A DNA stretch of 60,726 bases, the filler included, from Squatina squatina (lineage: Eukaryota): assembly GCA_031763465.1 (NCBI GenBank). It is 3 parts of 3 records of this genome, joined end to end, with 100 filler letters (N's around TTAATTAATTAA, not from the genome) between each part and the next. Parts side by side here need not be neighbours in the genome. Positions count along the whole stretch, not along the records: positions 40,965 to 60,726 come from JARFOE010000038.1; 2 more parts are not named here. One strand, given 5' to 3'. A model generated the notes under the pieces. That model saw only the letters and a program-made list of their open reading frames with translations, was not told the origin of the DNA and did not search any database. The position numbers and the translations under genes were made by a program. This document shows positions 51,515 to 60,726 of this stretch, piece after piece. Positions within the stretch are counted from its first letter, which is position 1, and every line of letters begins with the position of its first letter.

Positions 51515-51615
51515 AAACAAACTGCAAATCTGAAATGAAAACAGAAAATGCTGGAAAGCCACACCAGATCTGGGAGTGTCTGCAAAGAGAATCGAGACCC
51601 TTCATCAGACTGAAC
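51515..51615. mobile_element. Penelope-derived short repeat remnant
   Basis: AATCTGAAATGAAAACAGAAAATGCTGGAAA..GAGACCCTTCATCAGACTG resembles a common shark Penelope-associated repeat. Confidence 0.45.
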
Positions 51616-52257
51616 TCTGGCTGATAAGCAAATCCCTTCATTGAACAGAACAAACGGTGGCGGAGTTGAAGAGTCAGGAATGCTGGCTCCTGTCACAGAG
51701 AGGCCACCGTGGGCAGAATGTCCGACAGTCTTGATAGAAAAGCTGGGAAGAGGTGAAAGGTGCTGGGAGATCCCAGTGAGGCGAAGGAGAGGCATCAGAA
51801 AACACACAAAGAGGAAGCGAGCAAGAGAATGGGAGAGAGAGATAGCCCTTAGCCTATCAGGGGAACCAAAGGTTGTTAAACTAGGTATGGCTCCAGAGGG
51901 CCTCCTCTGAACCTTTTCCTAAGTCTCAATATCTCCCAACACCTGAGGGAACCAAAATTGCACACTATTCTGAATGGGGCCGAACTAAGGCCTTGCACAG
52001 GAACACGATAATGCTCTGTGTTTTATATTGGATTATTCTAATAACGCTACTTGCCTTCACTATAGCCTCTCGGCAGTGATGGTGAACCGTTAGACACACA
52101 CACTGTAACACCTGGGTCTTTCCCCCACTCAACAGACTTTAGTTCAGAACCCAATATGATGTACAAATGCCTGGTGTTAGCCCCACATACACAAACTACA
52201 TTTATCTACATTAAGTGTCCTCTGTCAGACCCAGTGATTCCCCATCACATCTACACT

Positions 52258-52349
52258 TTTTAATTTATTCATTCACTGGCAAGGCCAGCATTTATTGCCC
52301 ATCCCTAGTTGCCCTTGAGAAGGTGGTGATGAGCCGCCTTCTTGAACCG
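52258..52349 (-). mobile_element. CR1-clade LINE 3' end (second family)
   Basis: Reverse complement of CGGTTCAAGAAGGCGGCTCA.CACCACCTTCTCAAGGGCAA..GGGATGGGCAATAAATGCTGGCC. Same family on + strand at 53528-53680. Confidence 0.7.
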
Positions 52350-52449
52350 NNNNNNNNNNNNNNNNNNNNNNNNNNNNNNNNNNNNNNNNNNNNNNNNNNN
52401 NNNNNNNNNNNNNNNNNNNNNNNNNNNNNNNNNNNNNNNNNNNNNNNNN

Positions 52450-52735
<286 letters not shown>

Positions 52736-52841
52736 GTGAGTACAATATTTTAAAGGAAAGGGAATGGGTAGGAATGTCCCAGTGTCTGTGTGTGGTGTGA
52801 CCCAGCCCGGTGGACTGTCGATAACCCCGTCTGTTTTGCAG

Positions 52842-53118
52842 CTTGGCCTGGCTCTCCTTCACGTTCTGCATGGCGTCTTCAGTCACCGCTCTGAACATCT
52901 ACACCAAGACCGTCCTTGAATTCCGCCAATCGCAGAAAATCTACAAGCACAGCCTGAAGCGGAGGCCCGAGGGGCTGTACTATCTCCCAGGGCATTCCAG
53001 CCAGTCCATTTCCAGCTCTGTTGAAGTCTTCTCCAATCCGGCTCCGAATCTCTTGACAAGGACAGTATCGGTGGACGAGCCTGAGACTGCGGAGTCCCTT
53101 GGGGATGAGCACTGCTAG
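52842..53118 (+). CDS. GSG1: GSG1-family terminal exon
   Basis: ttttgcag|(Y)LAWLSFTFCMASSVTALNIYTKTVLEF...SQSISSSVEVFS...GDEHC*. The acidic-Cys end resembles GSG1 more than GSG1L; the phase matches the previous exon. Confidence 0.75.
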
Positions 53119-53527
53119 TGCGGGTTGCAGCCCGCACCTCCTGCCTCAGCTGTTCTTTAGTTTCCTGCAGGAATACAGTCGATATAAAACCACTTCACAT
53201 TAAACAGTCTGAGTTTTGGGCACAGCGACAACTCCTGGAGTTTGGTGTAGAGATCAATTCCATCACACATTCCGTGCAAGGCCCGGTCACTGAGTGTGAC
53301 TCCGAGCAGCAGTGAGCTGGATGTAGACAAGCGGATGATATAAAGAGCGCTCAGCAGATCCTGGGGTTGTGCTGTTTGACTGGGACTTGGTCAGAGAGAG
53401 AGTGCAGCCTTTGGGCACCCTGTAGTCNNNNNNNNNNNNNNNNNNNNNNNNNNNNNNNNNNNNNNNNNNNNNNNNNNNNNNNNNNNNNNNNNNNNNNNNN
53501 NNNNNNNNNNNNNNNNNNNNNNNNNNN

Positions 53528-53680
53528 GCTGTACCTGCCCTGGGAATGTTTGTTGGGACTCCCTCCCTAACATCACTATGGGAGCACCTTCACCACACGG
53601 GCTGCAGCAGTTCAAGAAGGTGGCTCACTACCCGGGGCAATCTTGCCAGTGACACTCATATCCCGAAAATCAGTAACTAG
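53528..53680 (+). mobile_element. CR1-clade LINE 3' end (second family)
   Basis: ACTCCCTCCCTAAC..CACCACACGGGCTGCAGCAGTTCAAGAAGGTGGCTCAC..GCCAGTGACACTCATATCCC. Confidence 0.7.
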
Positions 53681-53738
53681 TGTGCATGTTACAGCATTGC
53701 TTCCAATAAAACCAAAAGGTGTTTTGATTTATGTTGAG

Positions 53739-53990
53739 GTCGACACCATGTTGAAGATGGGATTCCAGCAGCAGGTATTGGATATTCTGGAGAAAACGCC
53801 TGAGGAGCATCAAACGATTCTGGTCTCTGCCACAATCCCAGCAGGCATCCAGCAGCTGGCCAGCCAATTCCTGCAGGACCCAGTCAGGATCACGGTGGGA
53901 GAGATGAACCAGCCTTGTTCCAACGTCCGTCAGATTATCCTGTGGGTGGAGGAGCCATCTAAGAAGAAGAAACTGTTTGAGATTCTGAAC
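53739..53990 (+). CDS. DDX59: DDX59 DEAD-box helicase internal exon (252 nt)
   Basis: [74 protein letters not shown], containing motif III (SAT). Flanked by ttgag| and |gcaagt. Confidence 0.88.
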
Positions 53991-54202
53991 GCAAGTAGAA
54001 TTGGAGTTTTGTGTGTGAATGAAAAGTGGGGAATCTCTGATCCAAGCAAGGGGCAGTGGGCGGGGGAATCGGGCTCATATTCATGATAGAGATTGGTGAG
54101 AGGGCAGAGAAGCTCCCCTCGTAGATGAGTTGGGAGGTGTGGGACTGAACCATCACTGAACAGGAAGGACCCTTGTTTGGCCCCAATCTGTGTACAGTTA
54201 AC

Positions 54203-54600
54203 TGGGCTCCATACCTAAAGAAAGATGTGTGTGCCTTAGAGCAGGTGCAACGCAGGTTCACCAGATTGATTCCTGGGAGGAGGGGGTTGTCCTGTGAGGA
54301 GAGATTGAGTAGATTGGGCCTGTAATTTCTGGAATTTAGAAGATCGAGAGGTGATCTCATTTTAAAGTATAAGATTCTGAGAGGGCTTGACAGAGTAGAT
54401 GCTGAGAGATTGTTTCCCCTGGCTGGAGAGTCTAGAACTAGGGGACACAGTCTCAGGATAAGAAGTCGGCCATTTAAGACTGAGATGAGGAGGAATTTCT
54501 TCACTCGGAGGGTGGTGAATCTTTGGAATTCTCTACCCGAGAGGGCTATGGATACTAAGTCTTTGAGTATATTCAAGGCTGATTTTTGGACTCTCGGTGA
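54203..54600 (+). mobile_element. CR1/HER1-like LINE 3' fragment
   Basis: WAPYLKKD..LEQVQRRFTRLIPG..LFPLAGESRTRGHSLRIRSRPFKTEMRRNFFTRRVVNLWNSLP. Confidence 0.9.
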
Positions 54601-55620
54601 CTCGNNNNNNNNNNNNNNNNNNNNNNNNNNNNNNNNNNNNNNNNNNNNNNNNNNNNNNNNNNNNNNNNNNNNNNNNNNNNNNNNNNNNNNNNNNNNNNNN
54701 NNNNTTGCCTGCCTACTTCAATCTGCAAGGGAATTACAGAAACACCCCGCGTTCATCGAGCCGTGAGTCATGACTAATTTTTCCAGCTGTGTTAATAAAT
54801 GTGGACAAGGAAACGGTCAATTTTAATAGCTGCAATATACAAAGATGCGGTGTACACAACAATGGAAAATGAGTAGACTGCAATGCAGTAGCAACTCTGG
54901 CCAGACCAATTTGATATGTAGGTTTACTTCGGATTTGGGGGAACAATAGAAGGGATACTACTGCTAAACTTCAAGCAGCAATTTGAGACCACTAGATTTA
55001 AACTGGGACCAGTATTTACTGGATATGTGCTGAGATTTAATTGCATTGTTTGCTCATATCAAGAAACAAATTCTGGAGTAGTTTGCTCTGGGCTTAAATG
55101 CCATTTTAAAAATCTTGGATCATCAATTAGTTTTTCACTCACTGAAGCTATCTTTTTTCAAGAATTGGTCCAGCACTAAAAGCTTGCATAGTTGCTTCAT
55201 CTAAAAAGAGCAACCATCTCGACTTAGGGTTTCACTTTACAAGTAACGAACATTGCACTAAATGTGATTAACATCAAAGATGATTGTGGCAAAAGGCTGA
55301 ATTTTACAGGCAGAGCCACCACCAGTATTATTCAAACTGTTGTAATGAAGTCACAACCTTAAAATCTGATGATACACATCTGAATAATCTGCCATCGCAT
55401 ATCCTGGAAAATGAAGTATCCATACTTCATCGGGTGCACATGAAAAGAGGACTATTGGGGAAAAGGTGGCTTTATACCGTATTGTGGGAACACGGAGACG
55501 ATTTCCTCTCTCCCTCACTGNNNNNNNNNNNNNNNNNNNNNNNNNNNNNNNNNNNNNNNNNNNNNNNNNNNNNNNNNNNNNNNNNNNNNNNNNNNNNNNN
55601 NNNNNNNNNNNNNNNNNNNN

Positions 55621-55746
55621 GTGTCTGTGTGAGTTTCTGTGTGTGTGTGTCAGTGTGAATGTGTGTGTCTGTGTGTGTCTGTGTGTGCATGTTTCTGTGC
55701 ATGGCTATGTGTGTGTTGTTATGTCTGTGGTTGTGTGTGTGTATGT
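55621..55746. repeat. Degenerate (GT)n microsatellite
   Basis: TG-dominated low-complexity run next to a gap. Confidence 0.85.
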
Positions 55747-58700
55747 CACATGACCAATCAGGCGATGTTGGTGAGATTTGGTAAGAAGCAAAACAGAAAG
55801 AATATTAACCCTTAGATGAGGATCAGTGGCGGTATTATATATATATATCTTTTTCCCCCACCCACCCCTTCTACTGGCCACTTAATTTGAGGGAAAATAT
55901 ATCTGCATAATGGAAAAAAAGAGACTTCAAAGTCTTGCAACACCATGGCCAGGCCAGTACTATGTACTGATTACAAAGCTGGGTATTGAAACATGAATTT
56001 GGATGCTTAGCTGAAAATCCCAGCACCAAAAGCAGTGAGCAGTGTCGGTTTCTGAGGGCCACAGCTGTGAATATTTCAAAAATACTTTTTTTAACTTGCA
56101 AAAATGTTTGAGAATTACATTCTTATAAACTCCAATTGTGAAATATTCCTTCAATAATGTTTATTTTTTTAAATGATAAAATGTTGCTTTACATTATAAA
56201 TTAATGTCATAGATTAATGTTAATAATATAATTGATCAACTGATTATTTTATCTGCAGCAATTATTACTGTTCCCTCAAAATAGGAGACCACAAATGTAC
56301 TTCCCTGTTGCACTGTCGAAGGAAAGATGTTAGAAAACTTCACAATAAGTGCTTTGATCAGTTTATGAAGTGAATTACAACTACAGCATGGTGGTTCACC
56401 AAAGTTTACATTGCCCTGTGCTTTCTCACCACAGTGCTGGAGTGTTCCTCATTACTTCTGCATGGAGCATTGAAGCATTCTCGATATAGCTGAAAATAAT
56501 CATCACTCCTGAACACTTTTCACTGAGTAGTTGAAAGCATTCAGGGTTTTTTTTTGTGTGCCTCTTTCTCTCCTGCAAAACCCAGCAGGAGCTGTCCCTT
56601 TCTAAGACTCCACAATCAGGAATGAGAACCTCAACTATCTCTGGATGGAGAGTAAGCTGGGGAGAGGAGCAGTTCACTACCTTTTCAAAGACACCCAACT
56701 TGCAGTTGAGAACATTCTGTCCATGTTAAAAGCAGTATCCCAACTCCATGTGTATTATAATACTGCTCATTCAGTGCATCTGGATTAGTGCTCAAAAAAT
56801 CTTTGTATTATGAGCAATAACATTTACTCCAGGATATTATGATGGTGGGAGATCACTCACTGTGATGCCTGACATTCTTCAGAATTTTTTTGTAAGTTGC
56901 TACCCATCTGCTGTACTTTTTCTAATGACCAGAATCTGTGACAATGCTTTTTTTAATCATAAACATGTATCTCAATAGCCCCAGCTTTAAATCAAGTGGC
57001 CTTAATTGTTACAGTCTAGTAACTTAGCAGTAGATTTCTTTCTGCAGTTAATGGTCTTAATGTCGTAGTCCACAAGATCATTTATTAATCATTAATAAAA
57101 CTGTCATTGAGTAGTGTCGTAAGTGACAGGAGCATTGTATACCCAAATTTCATTCAAAGGCAAAGTATGTAGAATTGTTATATACACTAGCTTGGTACAT
57201 AGGCATCAAACAAGGCTTGACATTGTGCTAATTTGACACATCTGTTGCAGGTTATTGGGTATATTTGTTGGTTAAGTACAACTAGAAGATTATTTTCCCC
57301 CTACTTCTTCCCCAGACTATACACACACAGGCCATGGCCTTTGTGTGCAATGTTGGGGGTGCACGTGGTTTATGAATAATGGTTGTGTGTAAGCGAGTTC
57401 CAATGCAGTTCTCTCAATAGAGCAACTCTGATGGCCTAAACAATGAAAATTAAGTTGATCAACATTATCTGAACCTGAAATGTGATTTTACTGTCATTCA
57501 CTTCGAAGTATGCTGTTGCTTCAGAATTTGTATGATGGTGAATTTACATTGCATTGGCTTTCTTAGTGTTGTGGTGCAGCTTGCCTGTTTGATTTGGCAG
57601 CTTTTTTGCAGTGCTGTTTGAAGATGAAAATAGTGTTGCATAGCTTAGGTTTACCAATTTGACACAGCTTCTGAAGCATAGTGGATTTTGTATTTTGGGG
57701 CATGGATAGTCCAGAAGCAATCTGGACAACCACAAAATGTCTCCCAAGACGGAAAATATGGACACTCTATATTGCAGTACCTAATCTATATATTTATACA
57801 GCTGGCCAGCAATATCTACTGGCAGAACGTGTGTACTCCGGCAGTATAGTACTGAGCAGACTGAATATTTGACCATCAGTTTCTGAATGATCACAGAAAC
57901 CGTCAAACCCACTTTCTCCCCTTTTCCCCTCACAAGCCTTCTTACTTTAAAAAGTACATTTCTAACAAGGCTTGATGGCATTTTCAAGCATTTTAAAATA
58001 AATACTGCCAAAATCAGGTGATTGTGATCTCACTTCATTAGCAGGGATACTTCACTCAGTTTTCTTGGGGCTTTATTCTGTTGCCTTCTTGCAAGTTGCA
58101 AATATACCCAATAACTTTCTGTTAGGACTTAGAACTTTAAAGTCTCAAAAATACCCTTCAAACCCAGGCTTCAATTTAAACAATGCCTATGGGGTAATTG
58201 CCCTGAACTGAGCCGCAGTCATTTGTGTAACTGCATTTGGAGAGACTCAAGTATGGCTTGATGCATTTACTCTCTGCAAAAATATTTCTGCTGCCTTGCT
58301 TCCAGTTCTTGTTGCCAGCTTTCTACTAAGGAGCTGTAAAGTTACGGCTATTTATCTGAAATTTCTAAATTTGAGGCAAACTCTGAGCTCAGTATAGAAT
58401 TTAGTACTTCTGGCATTTGTTTACCAAATAATTGATATAAAATATACCTCTTCATAAGCAAATGGATTGTGCATATGCTCGAGACTTAAACTATTAATTG
58501 CAGTACCAATCATGTATTGCATAATCATTCCAGAAGTCATAATTGGTCACATATTCAAAATTGTGACCATTGATCATTTAACATGAATCATGAAATTAAA
58601 TAAACTGTAGAATATTCAAATTCATTTTTTTGCAAATAAATAACTATGTCAAGGCTTGTTCAGAAAAGTATCAATCTATTGGGTATGGCATTCTACTCAA

Positions 58701-60726
58701 GATCAAATCAGCAGCATCATACTGAATGAAAGATTTAAGCAGAAGCTGTCGGGCTAAAGTTCATTCTCTTCAAACCCAAATCCCTCTAGTTTTTCCTCTA
58801 AGGTTCCATTTCCTTATCTTCTAGCTTGTAGTTTAATCACTCATTTGGAAAAGGGCAATTCTAGCTCATCTTGCATTTTTTTATTTATGGTTTCAATAAT
58901 GTTGAAAAGTTAAAACTATTCTAGTTAGTGTGTGAAACATAAATTATTTAATTTTAACAGCCTTGAGTTGAAATAGTGCCTGAAGTGTGTGAGAAATGAT
59001 CTCACAGTTGTGCAGTGCAAAAGTTTTAAACCTACATTTTAATTTGGAATGGCCTTCAGAGAAGTAAACTGNNNNNNNNNNNNNNNNNNNNNNNNNNNNN
59101 NNNNNNNNNNNNNNNNNNNNNNNNNNNNNNNNNNNNNNNNNNNNNNNNNNNNNNNNNNNNNNNNNNNNNNNNNNNNNNNNNNNNNNNNNNNNNNNNNNNN
59201 NNNNNNNNNNNNNNNNNNNNNNNNNNNNNNNNNNNNNNNNNNNNNNNNNNNNNNNNNNNNNNNNNNNNNNNNNNNNNNNNNNNNNNNNNNNNNNNNNNNN
59301 NNNNNNNNNNNNNNNNNNNNNNNNNNNNNNNNNNNNNNNNNNNNNNNNNNNNNNNNNNNNNNNNNNNNNNNNNNNNNNNNNNNNNNNNNNNNNNNNNNNN
59401 NNNNNNNNNNNNNNNNNNNNNNNNNNNNNNNNNNNNNNNNNNNNNNNNNNNNNNNNNNNNNNNNNNNNNNNNNNNNNNNNNNNNNNNNNNNNNNNNNNNN
59501 NNNNNNNNNNNNNNNNNNNNNNNNNNNNNNNNNNNNNNNNNNNNNNNNNNNNNNNNNNNNNNNNNNNNNNNNNNNNNNNNNNNNNNNNNNNNNNNNNNNN
59601 NNNNNNNNNNNNNNNNNNNNNNNNNNNNNNNNNNNNNNNNNNNNNNNNNNNNNNNNNNNNNNCTGCAACACAGCATCTGTAGGGTAGGGTGATGCAACTA
59701 CCAAAATTATATTTGTGAAGATTTGCATTTGTTTGGCGTGTGATCTTAATGGAGCTTACATTATTTCCCATGTGTTTTTTTTTTAATAACAGCATCCTAA
59801 ATTTTGCCACTTGCGCACATGGGTTTAGAATTAACAAGTTAACTGCTTGGAGTAGTTTAGACAAAGTGAACGCACTGCACTTCTGTGACATAATTGAGGT
59901 TATAAAATTCTGGACGGTGCTTTTTTAATGTATTTATAACTCGTCTTCTGAGTGGTGTTTTCATCTTTTTTTAATTTTTTTTTAGTTTTATGTGATTTCA
60001 ATGTGTTTTTCTCCTGTCCGTTATCGCTCACATATGTAATGGCTCCAATGCAGCTAGATGAAAGAAGTGCGTGGGCAGGTGTATAAAGTGGGTTCGAATC
60101 AGGTCAGTATGGAGAGAATACTGTAAGTGACCGCATCTGAATACCCTTACTTAAATTGGAATCCTGCTTTTAATTTGGTTGTTTTGGCATGATTGCTGTC
60201 AAAAATGGAGTTCAGACAGTCATTTTAGTTGCTTCGAGTGATAGTCCAACCTCTTTAAATCTTTAGTAGGAGCCTCATTTGGAGGATACATTTCCCCTTG
60301 TTTCTCTTAAGGTAGGGCAAGGAGCTCAGGCCTCCTTTAACTGAATCTGTTGATATCGACCACTGTGTAAGTTTGAAATTAGACTGTAGTACAATGTTAT
60401 ACACATCGCTCTCTGAGCGTGCACAGTCCAGATAGACTGGCAATTTTGTTGGTGAACTTCTTTCCCTGCAGCCGGCGTAATGGTATCCAGCTTTGTAGTT
60501 ATCACAAAGTTGATTTTCCTACAGGTTTTATTTCCAAGACATGGTACTTGCCTGGAACCTTCTTCACAAAAGACTGATTGATGACCTCTTAAAATACAAG
60601 TTGCCCGAAACAAATGTGAAATCATCTGTGATTTGTAATATTAACCTACAGTAAACGTACTTGGGTGAAAAAGTATGTTTCCGATTGCCTTCTTGCCCTA
60701 CAAGTCCAGACCCCAAAAGCAACGTC

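Noticed and set aside
53643-53738. N-terminal extension of the DDX59 ORF
   Set aside because: Starts inside a LINE 3' tail and lacks the expected DEAD-box context; intronic.
56400-60726. Several AG..GT-bounded short open frames (e.g. minus 57650-57780, plus 60526-60652)
   Set aside because: None matched a protein I recognise; such frames are expected by chance in AT-rich intronic DNA.

Overview
Eukaryotic (vertebrate, most likely cartilaginous-fish) genomic DNA from a heavily fragmented scaffold: dozens of short contigs joined by mostly 100-N gaps, two of which carry an artificial TTAATTAATTAA spacer. Host assignment is inferred from shark-type CR1/HER1, RTE, L2, Harbinger and Penelope-derived repeats. 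Recognisable host genes occur only as scattered exons: LRRC1 (2 exons), MLIP (3 exons) and FAM83B (first coding exon) in the AT-rich left part, then TCF20 (giant exon, minus strand), a complete two-exon RASD2, two terminal GSG1-family exons and one DDX59 exon in the more GC-rich right part. The most unusual element is a ~2 kb minus-strand contig (720-2719) that, after repairing two 4-nt slippage frameshifts and seven stops, encodes a class I fusion glycoprotein. It looks paramyxo/pneumovirus-F-like (lokiretrovirus-type env) and carries an extra N-terminal domain and a Thr-rich stalk. Also notable: a 39-bp satellite with an 873-bp higher-order period, and a DDX59 exon with a GC donor. All homology calls are from recognition by eye; no searches were run.
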